Assembly: GCA_964016885.1 (NCBI GenBank)
Contig: OZ024741.1
Span: forward strand, 62,186,001-62,250,000
Reading direction: 5' to 3'
DNA length: 64,000 bases
Source: Eledone cirrhosa
Taxonomy: Eukaryota
This document shows, one piece after another, positions 1-10,786 of this stretch (position 1 is its first letter; every line of letters begins with the position of its first letter). The position numbers and the translations under genes were made by a program. The notes under the pieces are model-generated. The model worked only from the letters and a program-made list of their open reading frames with translations, was not told the DNA's origin and made no database searches.

Positions 1-650
1 AATTTATCCCGTAGAATAGTGGTTCCCAACGTTTTCACTCCTAGCATCCACTTTTAAATATTCGAATTTTCCAACGGACTTCCTATTTTAGTTACCCCTA
101 CATGATTGTTAGACTGTAAGAATAACAATCTAAACAAAAATGGAAAGGTGAGGTGAGAATGTGTTGCACTCTTCAAACAAGAAAATCTCAGTGAGATCAA
201 ACTCAAGCAGCGTGAAATGAATCATATATTCTACAGAATAAATTGAGTAGTCACTTTCCAAAAGGCTGACAAAAATAACGTAAGGGCCAAAACACATGGT
301 TAAGGGTTGTTTCTTCTCTGAGGACCTCCGTTTATTGCTGTCCACCTCTCCTGAAGGTTTCTTACTAATATATATATATATATATATATATTAAAGAGCC
401 CTTAACTCCTGATAAAAGATTTACATTTTTTTCTCTCTACTAAAGCGTTTTTCACGCCACGTCTCTCATCCAAACCAGGACAATTATCATCCACTCTATA
501 TCCCCCTGAAGGTGTTTCTAACAGACCAATTAAGTAGCACAGATGATAGCAGTTGCTCCCTAGGACCATTTCTAAATATATATTCTATATACAATAAAGA
601 TGCCAATACTTTACCAACGTATACAGTACATTTTTTAACTGTCGTTACCT

Positions 651-705
<55 letters not shown>

Positions 706-707
<2 letters not shown>

Positions 708-906
708 CGAAGGAGTTGTGGTAAGGGACCAGATGGACCATAACGCACCAGAGTAGTCAATACTTAGAGTAGAAGAGTGGGTAATAGAAAAATGTATGAC
801 CCAGACGACAGAGCTCAAACCGTTTCGACGGCTATTTCTGGACTGAAATAGTCCAGAAATAGCCGTCAAAACGGCTTGAGCTCTGCTGTCGGGGTCATAC
901 ATTTTC

Positions 907-908
<2 letters not shown>
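706..908 (-). mobile_element. Family A fold-back element (PLE pLTR-like) inserted in (TA)n
   Basis: Hairpin ~788-908 centred on ctggact-gaaat-agtccag, plus an ~80-nt unpaired tail. Homologous to other family A copies and flanked by (TA)n on both sides. Confidence 0.85.
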
Positions 909-939
<31 letters not shown>

Positions 940-1076
940 TATATATACATATATATATATATGTGTGTGCGCGCGCGCTCGTGTTTGTGTACATATATAC
1001 TGTACATATACTGTACATATATACTGTACATATATACTGTACATATATACTGTACATATATACTATACATATATAC

Positions 1077-1170
1077 TGATCCCCAGAAAGACAGCTGATG
1101 AATGAGCGGGAATTGTTCCTGTATTTGTCTCTTCCACGTTTCTATATCCTATAATTCTCCCACGTATATA
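1077..1170 (+). mobile_element. 5'-truncated copy of the permuted-HHR family
   Basis: gatccccagaaagacagCTGATGA aligns with 10640-10662. aagacag is the perfect complement of the ctgtctt strand seen in the 10613 copy. Confidence 0.55.
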
Positions 1171-1454
1171 TATAATTCTATATAAGTTATTCACATGCAT
1201 ATCAATTGGTATACAGGCATATTTTCCTGTTGGCATTGAAATTTTGTGTAATTGTCTGTATATACTCCTTTGTTAGCTGTACTATATAGACGTGAATTGG
1301 TCTATACACCATTGTTTGGTTTGTGTATAACAAGACTTTATAACTGTTGAAATCACGCTAACATTATATGCTGTATTGTTAGAATAGTGTGAAGTGCGCA
1401 ATGGAATGAGCTCAATTGTCCCTTTATATGGATATGAGTACATGTTTATATGGA

Positions 1455-1596
1455 TGTATGTATGTATATATGTAGGTAGGTAGGTAGGTAGGTAGGTAGG
1501 TAGGTAGGTAGGTATGTATGTATGTATGTATGTATGTATGTATGTATGTATGTATGTATGTATGTATGTATGTATGTATCTATGTATGTATGTATG
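1455..1596. repeat. (TAGG)n/(TATG)n compound microsatellite
   Basis: Directly visible. Confidence 0.95.
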
Positions 1597-1740
1597 TTAG
1601 AGTAGAAGAGTGGGTAATAGAAAAATGTATGACCCAGACGACAGAGCTCAAACCGTTTCGACGGCTATTTCTGGACTGAAATAGTCCAGAAATAGCCGTC
1701 GAAACGGCTTGAGCTCTGCTGTCGGGGTCATACATTTTCA
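1597..1740 (-). mobile_element. Family A fold-back, near-identical to 764-908
   Basis: Almost exact copy, including the same fold-back junction. Confidence 0.85.
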
Positions 1741-1759
1741 TATATATATGTATGTATGT

Positions 1760-2551
1760 CAGGTCACCAGTTGGTGCTACTGGTAACATGTATCCCAGTA
1801 CAACCTGTCTCATGGTCGGGTCGTTGGCGACTAAACTGGCAACCCCACCAAGGTTTCTTGGTGAGGAGGGTGACTTTGGACATCCTGCAGGACTAAAAAC
1901 AAAACCTGTCAAAGGGCAAAGGAGCTCTTAAGAGTCAATGGCCATCCAAAATCACCGGGAGAGATGACTCCTTAGCCTTTGTCAAGGCAGAATTCTAGGA
2001 GAAGGAAAACTCTGATATAACACCTGCAACCCTGATGGTATCCAATGATGTTGACGTGTTCTTCTTTTTGGTACATATCATCTTGGTTAAGAGAGTGGGA
2101 CTGGCTTTGTGCAGTGCCTTTGTTCACTATAAAAGCTTCACGGCACAGGCATTGCTTTATATCTGGAGATCTCTCTGCACTTGTCACATGGTACCATGGG
2201 CCTAGCACTATGTGTCAATAATTGTCAAAAGTGTAGTGTTTGTACCAGAGTTTTCAAATTGCTGGCTGGACTAAAAAGTCACACTCGTTCAGTGCATCCG
2301 TAGGGGTTCTCCTACATGGATATAAAGTAGTGGCCGTACTCGAAAACGAGTTGGCAGCCACCATGTATGTATGTATGTATGTATGTATGTATGTATGTAC
2401 GTATAATAATTGTCACAAGTGTAGTGTTTGTACCAGAGTTTTCAAGTCGCTGGCTGGACTAAAAATGCACACTTGTTCAGCGCATCGGTAAGTGTTCTCC
2501 TACATGGATATAAAGTAGTGGCCGTACTCGAAAACGAGTTGGCAGCCACCA
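1760..2551 (+). mobile_element. Non-autonomous RTE-related element in (ATGT)n with a duplicated 3' end
   Basis: Shares its 5' region with 36867 and 42134. The 3' end encodes a C2H2-like remnant (CSVCTRVFKSLAGLKMH) and is repeated (2216-2363, 2404-2551), each copy followed by (ATGT)n. Confidence 0.7.
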
Positions 2552-2903
2552 TGTATGTACGTACGTAAGTATAGTTATATATGTTAATGTATATATATAT
2601 ATATACAGGGTGTCCTAAAAATATATACACACTTGTATTACCTGTACAGGTAATATTTATTAGAATGCCTTTGAAGAGTATATATTTTTTTGTAATTAGG
2701 GACGTAATTGTGGATGTACTTATGAATATACATATGTATCAATCTAAGCTAACGAATGCAATCTCGGTGTGCAGCTAAGCACTCAATAGGGTATATTACC
2801 CTAGAGTTATAACATTACGTTTAGACAGCTTTGCAAATTGAAGGCAGCGACCGATAGACGGGCCGCAGTGACCTTAGCGACGAAAAAAAACTGAACTCAG
2901 GAT

Positions 2904-2977
<74 letters not shown>

Positions 2978-2982
2978 AGGTA

Positions 2983-3032
<50 letters not shown>

Positions 3033-3254
3033 TGACCTAAGGGAGATATACGTAAATAGATAAATAAATATATACACAAGTACAATAACAACAAACACAT
3101 ATAAACACACTCTAGTGAACAAAAATAGAATACAAGACACATACACTCAAATACGAACACACACACCAAAAAGGAAACACACACGCAAACGCATGCGCAA
3201 ACAGAGACAGAGACAAAAGTAAATAAATAAATAAAATGAAAGTGGCGTAGGCAT

Positions 3255-3312
3255 TGTACCAGTAATACGCTGGCATAGTTGCTGGCCTTGTGCCAAAAGT
3301 AGAAACAATTAT
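3255..3312 (+). mobile_element. 3' fragment of tRNA-derived SINE family 1
   Basis: gtaccagtaa...ttgctggccttgtgccaaaagtagaaacaattatt matches the tail of 22370-22553. Confidence 0.75.
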
Positions 3313-3369
3313 TATATGTTACGTTATATTTTGACGTATATAGGCATTTTAATGAACCACGTCCAATAT

Positions 3370-3434
3370 TAGCGGTTTTTCACAGTTTGCGGGTGCTCTA
3401 GGAACGTAACACTGTGATTACTGCGGGACTACTG
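3370..3434. mobile_element. Possible Tc1/mariner (Tigger-like) terminus
   Basis: Ends gggactactg followed by TA, resembling pogo/Tigger TIRs. Partner end not seen. Confidence 0.35.
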
Positions 3435-3458
3435 TATATATATATATATATTTATATA

Positions 3459-3494
<36 letters not shown>

Positions 3495-3704
3495 TATGAT
3501 ACATTTTATTACTAATTATATCTAAATGTTTCTTCTCTCTTCATAATGTATTTTTAACTCTGATACTGGTTCAGTCTAGTTCAACCGGATTGGTCTGTCC
3601 CAGTCATTCATTGAGCAACATCGGTGAAGTTGGCACCCTTAACTCACGGTTGGGTGCGGATGCATTCATGTATATGTGTGTGTCCGCATGTATCTGTGTG
3701 TTTC

Positions 3705-3747
<43 letters not shown>

Positions 3748-3795
3748 GACGTAAAATAAGAAAATTATAAAAATTAACTTACTTACTAAAATTTC

Positions 3796-3878
3796 ACTCC
3801 AACTAATTAGTTTCTGAAAGGGAATAAACATGGTTTCCGAATGGAACACATAGAGAATGCCTTTCGTCATCAGGAAGT
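3796..3878 (-). ncRNA. Type I hammerhead motif (family C, left arm)
   Basis: Reverse complement of 4660-4742. Confidence 0.7.
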
Positions 3879-4659
3879 CAATTCTCAGCTAGTTCCCAGG
3901 CGGTGCGTGGACACAGGGAACTTATACAAAAATAATTCAGTGGATGGGAAAAAGCAAGCGTGGACTAAATTCCAAGACATTGAAAAAATCACTGCCTACT
4001 TGGTCGGTGGCAAATTCAAAAGAATCAATTACGTGACATCGAGGTTAATCAGTGAGGAGTGGGGTGTTAAGAAGACAGTAGCCGAACTATGAACTATAGT
4101 AGCAGTTTTGGCAAATTTTTGCTCAACAAAATAATTTGGAGATAATTATGAAGAATTAGTATATCTTCCAACATATATATACAGATGCATACCTATGCTA
4201 GCAAATATGTAGGTTTTGCTTAGTAACTTTGTGGTTCAATGTAAGGGGATGCAGAACAATTATATGAAAGACGTTCTGCATCCCCTTGCATTGAACCACA
4301 AAGTTACTAATACAAAACCTACATATTTGCTAGCATAGGTATGCATCTGTATATATATGTTGCTAGATATACTAATTCTTCATAATTATCTACAAATTAT
4401 TTTGTTGAGTAAAAATTTGCCAAAACTGCTACTATAGTTCATAGTAATAGTTCGGCTACCGTCTTCTTAACACCCTACTCCTCACTGATTAACCTCGATG
4501 TCACGTGATTGATTCTTTTGAATTTGCCACCGACCAAGTAGGCAATGATTTTTTCAATGTCTTGGAATTTAGTCCACGCTTGCTTTTTCCCATCCACTGA
4601 ATTATTTTTGTATAAGTTCCCTGTGTCCACGCATCGCCTGGGAACTTAGCTGAGAATTG

Positions 4660-4742
4660 ACTTCCTGATGACGAAAGGCATTCTGCATGTGTTCCATTCG
4701 GAAACCATGTTTATTCCCTTTCAGAAACTAATTAGTTGGAGT
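4660..4742 (+). ncRNA. Type I hammerhead motif (family C)
   Basis: acttc-CTGATGA-c gaaagg...cctttc a-GAAA-ctaattag-TT-ggagt. Stem I 5 bp, long stem II, palindromic stem III actaattagt. Confidence 0.72.
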
Positions 4743-4932
4743 GAAATTTTAGTAAGTAAGTTAATTTTTATAATTTTCTTATTTTACGTCTTTCATATAA
4801 TTGTTCTGCATCCCCTTGCATTGTACCACAAAGTTACTAAGACAAAACCTACATATTTGCTAGCATAGGTATGCATCTGTATATATATGTTGGTAGATAT
4901 ACTAATTCTTTATATATATATATATATTATAG

Positions 4933-5045
4933 TTAAAATAAAAACAGAGCGAAGAGTGCTGTACAAGTGTTAGTATTAGGTTCACGATTGAGAGTGGGGG
5001 GTTGAGGACGATGTTTCGGGCATAAACCCTTCATCAGGAGAAACA
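4933..5045 (-). mobile_element. pLTR-like end with HHR core (family F; related to 20370-20446 and 51050-51088)
   Basis: Minus strand CTGATGA-agggt ttat gccc-GAAA-catcgTC. Stem I partner not evident. Abuts (TA)n. Confidence 0.55.
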
Positions 5046-5194
5046 TGGGCAGGAAAAGTGTTCCGAGGTGTGAGGAGGAGTTGTGGAAGGACATTAAAAG
5101 GGGGCGGGGAAAGGGGAGGAGAAAACATTTAAAAGAGTGTAAAAAAATTAAAATGAAACAAGTGGTTAAAGGGTGTATATTTATATATATGTAA

Positions 5195-5320
5195 AAAAGT
5201 AAACAGAAATAACAAAACAAACAAGCCAGTACATTGAAGAAATATATTAGTTTTACGCTTGAAATAGCAGGAAAAGAGTCTTAATGTTTCGGACACTACT
5301 CCTTTCTCAGAGGATATAGT
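5195..5320 (-). mobile_element. pLTR-like end with degenerate minimal HHR (family G; paralogue at ~6050-6165)
   Basis: ctgagaaaggagtagtgtccgaaacattaaga here and ctgatgaaggactagcgtctacaatgttaaga at ~6130-6160. Combined consensus CTGATGA-agga..tcc-GAAA-cg-TT. Confidence 0.5.
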
Positions 5321-5579
5321 TAGAAATAAAGATGAAATATAAAGATAAAGAGTCAGAAGTGGAAGGAACGGGGGAAAATGAGAAAACGTGTGTGGAGAGA
5401 GGTTACACGTGATTATGCAGTCAGCTATTTTGGAGATTTGCTGGTGAAAAGGTATCTTAACTGTTAGAGGCGCGTAGGAAGCAAGGTAGTCATTGTATAT
5501 GTGGGGTGGACATGTCTGGGTGTTTGTGTATGCGTGCGTGTGTGTGCGTGCGTGTGTGTGTGCTTGTGTGTGCGTGTGC

Positions 5580-5812
5580 GGACAGAACGGAGAAGGCGTT
5601 TCCTGAGAGAGTGGTAACAGAGATGCGCTGGAATAGCCATTCCATCTCGCGAGGCTCACACCTGCGGTTGGCCAGCTCAGCGCCTATGGGGTGAGTAGGG
5701 AGGTAGCCCTAGGGCCAAGGACACCAGAAGTCTCCACTACCAAGTGCACGACCGCAAACCTGACGGAGAGCGACCGGTACTTGGAGAGTTTGGCCTCCTT
5801 GGCCCGTTTCAT
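5580..5812 (-). pseudogene. C-terminal restriction-like endonuclease fragment of a CRE-type non-LTR retrotransposon
   Basis: Manual translation with one frameshift: KEAKLSKYRSLSVRFAVVHLVVETSGVLGPRATSLL/IGAELANRRCEPREMEWLFQRISVTTLSGNAFSVL. Matches the KxxKY...VETxG...QRxSVxxQRGNA signature and runs into a (CA)n-like tract. Confidence 0.7.
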
Positions 5813-6279
5813 TTCATGATATGGTGATAAGAGAAGCTACTTAGCTTCTGGTACAGCGATATGGTGGTGCAACCGTAAATATCTAAGCTCTAAATTGCGA
5901 AGTCCCTACGTGCGTGGAAGTGGATTGAGCCAGGGACAGAGTAATTGTTAGGAAACATTCAATACCCACGGTGCTCCAGCCATGGCACGATGTGCCACGC
6001 AAACGCAGACGCACATGCAAGCGCTACAAGCACACATGGTCGTGAGCCATACAAAAAGTCAAACAGAAATAACAAAGTAAATGACTCAGTACAATGAATT
6101 TTACACTTGATATAGTAGGAACAGAGTCTTAACATTGTAGACGCTAGTCCTTCATCAGAAAATAGAATGAAAGAAGAAACCGAAAGATAGAGAAGAGCGG
6201 GCAGTGGCAGAAACGAAACAAATTTTCTTTGAGAAGAAAGAAAAGAAAAAAAAAATATGTGTGTGTGTGTGTGTGTGTC

Positions 6280-6736
6280 AAGGGTATATATTGAGTTAGA
6301 AACTCAAAATACTCTCTTACAATTAAATAGTTCAAGGAAAGAGATTTTTCCGTGCCGTGTAATATAATTGAATATAAAAGAGAGATAAACACAGATATAT
6401 ACATATATGTGTTCAAATCGTAAAGGACCAGATTCTCTAGGGTGAAAAAAATACTAACTATGAACAATAAGGTTTGCCAGACTCAATTTAAAATAATAAA
6501 TCAATAAAAGAAATACAAACCGATATTGGGCAACTGCCAAACACCCAGACAGCTTTTGGTATGGTCGTTTCGCAATTTTAGCGAAGGGAATTACCAATTC
6601 TTTGCTCATCGGTGGGTGTAAAATTAGTAAACCCTTCACTTCTAAGTATCTGAGAAGACTGAATCTGGTCCCTTATGATTTGAACACAGATATATGTATA
6701 TATCTGTGTTTATCTCTCTTTTATATTCAATTATAT
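6280..6736 (-). mobile_element. Family H fold-back element with HHR
   Basis: Inverted arms ~6362-6435 and 6661-6735, plus tail. Homologous to 51372-52281. Confidence 0.8.
6542..6618 (-). ncRNA. Type I hammerhead motif (family H; core CCGATGA)
   Basis: caccca-CCGATGA-gcaa...ttgc-GAAA...gTC-tgggtg. Stem I covaries with cacccg/cgggtg of the 51638-51756 copy. Confidence 0.65.
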
Positions 6737-6739
6737 GTG

Positions 6740-6802
<63 letters not shown>

Positions 6803-6806
<4 letters not shown>

Positions 6807-7339
6807 ACAAGTATGACCCCGACGGCAGAGCTCAAGCAGTTTCGACGGCTATTTCTGGACTAAATAAGAATTTTTAGCCTGGTAAATAAATAGCCGAACT
6901 TCTCAAGGGGTATTACCTTATATGGGAAGATAGTAATTGTCGAGAGGATTGGTAAAAAAATGTGTTGTAAAGACAGATCATGGCATTTGGTGGGAGGTAT
7001 ACATGCTGCATAGATTTCAATTTCAACGCTTCACTGGGTTTCCCCCACTCCCTTTTTGTTCTACCGGCAAGTTCAGCCACCCCTACCTCCCACCAAATGC
7101 CATGATCTGTCTTTACAACACATTTTTGACCATTCCTCTCGACAATTAATATCTTCCCATAAGTTCGGCTATTTATTTACCAGGCTAAAAATTCTTATTT
7201 AGTCCAGAAATAGCTGCCGAAACGGCTTGAGCTCTGCGGTCGGGGTCATACTTGTTCCTATTACCCACTCTACTACCCTAAGTATTGAGTACTTTGGTGC
7301 GTTATGGTCCATCTGGTTCCTTACCACAATTCCTTCGTT
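6803..7339 (+). mobile_element. Longest family A fold-back element
   Basis: Arms ~6805-7000 and 7084-7256, plus tail to 7339. The right arm has a ~20-nt deletion that removes the HHR core. Confidence 0.88.
6816..6911 (-). ncRNA. Type I hammerhead motif with U3:A8 core (family A)
   Basis: acccc-TTGAGAA-g ttcggctattt...aaatagccg tc-GAAA-c(g)gc ttgagctct gccg-TC-ggggt. This copy has one stem III substitution; other copies have gaaacggc. Confidence 0.7.
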
Positions 7340-7609
7340 ATATATATATTTATATATATATAGATAGTTGTAGTTTTCCTATTCTGGTACTTGAATGTGC
7401 CTGAGGATTGTTGCCTAGCAATAGGGGAAACAATAGTAATATGTTGTTGTTATTGAAATCATTTTATCTCAATTACTTATTACATTTTATTTCATTCCAT
7501 TACTAATTTCAGTCACTGGATTGCGGCCATGCCAGTGTCATTTCACTAGTTATTATTTAATTTGATTGACTTTTTTCGTTGGAATATATATTTATATATA
7601 CGCGCGCGC

Positions 7610-7650
<41 letters not shown>

Positions 7651-8113
7651 CGCGCGCGTATGTGTGTATGCCTGTGTGAGTGCGTGTTTGTCCGTCCGTG
7701 TCTCTGTTTACTTTTTACGTGGGTATGTCAGTTTTTCGATAAAATATATTCCAGATTTGAATAAATACGTTCAGGGGTCGATACGATTGACTGCAATCTG
7801 TAAAAGAATAAAAGAAACGTATATATATAAATGATACATTTACATACAAGCTAGATGTGACAGAAAAAGATACGACAAAACATCAGCGGGAATCAAACCA
7901 TGCATGTGCTGTATATACGACAACCGCTCAGAAGCACCATGTTAGGTCGACCCGAGATATTTCAACGTGAAAATTAGCGGCTATATGTATGTTACTAGAT
8001 TAAGCTGCAATGTAGCTCTTATATCAATATCACATGACTATCAACAGAAAACGGGAACAATCACTTAACAACCAGTCAATAAATCAGCCTGATGATTGCT
8101 CCTGTTTCCTCCT

Positions 8114-8277
<164 letters not shown>

Positions 8278-8672
8278 AACATGCCGACATGATGCGTGTG
8301 GGTGTATATAAATAGTACAATAGCAATGGATCTACATGTTGCAGCATATGCTCTGTGCCATTGTATACATGGCACCATGACAGGCTTTGTTCCACATAAA
8401 CAGTGTCTATGTCAAGTTAACCTCATTGATATCCAGTATCCCAACACAGTTTATAAGGCTGCTATGACATTCTATGATACTTTGTACTGTTGCTAGGGAT
8501 ATTGAGTTGTTCAACATCCTTTCTAGGAGTGTGGTGACAAGAAATGTGTACTTCATACAGTGTTTATCACATTGCAACATTCTAGGGTAATTGAGGCAGT
8601 TTCTAGAGGTGCCATGATACTCTAGGTAACTTTCATAACTGCCAGGGGTGTACTACTACAGCCTGAGACAAT

Positions 8673-8756
<84 letters not shown>

Positions 8757-9117
8757 TTGGATTTAATGCTCTGAAATAGCGATATATATGTGAAGACAAA
8801 CATAGAATATGAAGATGATTTCAAATAAGAATGAAACGCGTAGGTTACTTCCCTTGCTTTTATCGAGAATCTCAAATTGTAATACGTGACGTATTCTATT
8901 CTATAGCGATTAGGTCTTCAAAATGTTTATTGTAAACATACAGAATATTTTCGAATATTCTATGTTTGTCTTCACATATATATCGCTATTTCAGAGCATT
9001 AAATCCAAATTCTAATTTCTGCCGGACCGGCAACCGCTCTTTCAAACCAGTTCCTGTACACAGCTAAGTATTCTATAAGTCTCTAGCTGTGTCATTCTCG
9101 ATAAAAGCATTGGATAT

Positions 9118-9160
9118 GTAATCCTGATGATTTCAAATAAGAATGAAACGCGTAGGTTAC
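9118..9160 (+). ncRNA. Minimal type I hammerhead ribozyme
   Basis: gtaatc-CTGATGA-tttc aaataa gaat-GAAA-cgcg-TA-ggttac. 6-bp stem I, palindromic acgcgt stem III. Confidence 0.85.
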
Positions 9161-9429
9161 TTCCCTTGCTTTTATCGAGAATCTCAAATTGTAATACGTG
9201 ACGTATTCTATTCTATAGCGATTAGGTCTTCAAAATGTTTATTGTAAACATACAGAATATTTTCGAATATTCTATGTTTGTCTTCACATATATATCGCTA
9301 TTTCAGAGCATTAAATCCAAATTCTAATTTCTGCCGGACCGGCAACCGCTCTTTCAAACCAGTTCCTGTACACAGCTAAGTATTCTATAAGTCTCTAGCT
9401 GTGTCATTCTCGATAAAAGCATTGGATAT

Positions 9430-9472
9430 GTAATCCTGATGATTTCAAATAAGAATGAAACGCGTAGGTTAC
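9430..9472 (+). ncRNA. Minimal type I hammerhead ribozyme (next monomer)
   Basis: Identical to 9118-9160, 312 nt downstream. Confidence 0.85.
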
Positions 9473-9594
9473 TTCCCTTGCTTTTATCGAGAATCTCAAA
9501 TTGTAATACGTGACGTATTCTATTCTATAGCGATTAGGTCTTCAAAATGTTTATTATAAACATACAGAATATTTTCGAATATTCTATGTTTGTC

Positions 9595-9648
<54 letters not shown>

Positions 9649-9859
9649 TACACATATATATATATACATACATACATATATATATATATACCTATATATA
9701 TACCTATATATATATACATACATACGTGTGTGTGTGTGTGAGTGTGTGTGTGCGTGTGTGTGCGTGTGTGTGAGTGTGTGTGTGTGTGAGTGTGTGTGTC
9801 TGTGTGTGTGTGTGTGTAAGTGTGTGTATCCTCAAATGAAAATCCAAAGATGATACTTC

Positions 9860-10019
9860 TACATTGGTTTAATCTTTATGTAATTAGGTAACATTAAAAT
9901 ATCCTCAGGAAATCAATATAAGATCCCAAAACCTCTAGTCATGTATTCATCAGGTCTTACATTGATTTCCTAAAAATATTCTAATGTTATCTAAGTGCAT
10001 CAAGATTGAGACTTATGTA
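9860..10019. repeat. Diverged fold-back (~65-nt arms)
   Basis: acattggttttaatctt...aggaaatcaatataagatc versus ggtcttacattgatttcct...aagattgagacttatgt. A minus-strand ctgatga lies at the loop edge. Confidence 0.6.
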
Positions 10020-10244
10020 AAATTTAATAAAATGATTTAAGTGTCATTTTTGTTTTTTTCCATTGAATTATAATTATTATGCTCTGTAATTTTTCCATAA
10101 GCGATTAACACATTAAGCTTTCTCACACTTGGTAAAGAATGAGCCATATACCCACTCCTAGTCATCTCCTATATATATTTATCAAAATTATATCGTATAA
10201 AACTCTGAGTAACTAAGAAAGTATGCGCCAGTTTGTCATGTATT

Positions 10245-10445
10245 TTAGTAACCTTAAGAAATGGAAATAATTAATACAAACTAATGGGGCATAAGTCCTG
10301 GAACAAGTACTAACAAGCAATAGAGCTGGTAGGAACGACTGAACTGATAGGTAGTCAGATCGCAAAAGGAGGAAACAAAGGCTTGAATGGAAGTATTATG
10401 TAACGTGGCATGAACGGAATTATTTCCATTTCTTAAGGCTACTAA
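10245..10445. repeat. Inverted repeat (~28-nt arms)
   Basis: ttagtaaccttaagaaatggaaataatt / aattatttccatttcttaaggctactaa. Confidence 0.7.
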
Positions 10446-10606
10446 CAACACTTATTTGTGCTGCTTTCGATTGTAAATTTTTCCCGTCCCATATCAGTAT
10501 GTCGATATTTCTTTGTTTTTTTTTATTTTGTTTTTCTTCGTCTAACATCCGTTGTATTTTCTTCCCGAACGGCTATCCAAGGATAGTTATTGATGCACTG
10601 TGATAA

Positions 10607-10666
10607 ATAGTCCTGTCTTACAGGATTCGAAACTATGATGATCCACAGAAGACAACCGATGAGAGT
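10607..10666 (+). ncRNA. Non-circularly permuted hammerhead motif (copy P1)
   Basis: atag-TC-ctgtctt ... attc-GAAA-ctat ... aagacaa-CCGATGA-gagt. All three stems can pair, but the strand order is rearranged. Confidence 0.65.
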
Positions 10667-10726
10667 GAATCGTCCTTGTGTATGTGTCTTCCGTATTTTC
10701 TATTCCCCTTTACCCCACATGTTTCT

Positions 10727-10786
<60 letters not shown>

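Larger units (their letters stand above)
3740..4910. mobile_element. Family C fold-back of a ~530-nt non-coding HHR monomer (retrozyme-like)
   Basis: Inverted arms ~3740-4272 and 4273-4798. Direct repeat 4273-4380 = 4803-4910 (period 530). One HHR per arm; (TA)n flanks. Confidence 0.85.
8756..9598 (+). mobile_element. Tandem 312-nt HHR-containing repeat (non-LTR retrozyme-like) with inverted terminal segment
   Basis: About 2.5 near-identical units from 8814 (HHR cores end at 8818, 9130, 9442). 8756-8810 is an inverted copy of 8955-9010. (TA)n on both sides. Confidence 0.92.

Noticed and set aside
18-70. tagtggttcccaac hAT-like terminus; also single TIR-like ends at ~2605, ~45608-45985 and ~55760
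   Set aside because: No confident partner TIR or TSD could be established.
7397-7440. ctgagga...ggaaacaatagta hammerhead-like motif
   Set aside because: Stem I is not supported; probably a decayed HHR but too weak to call.
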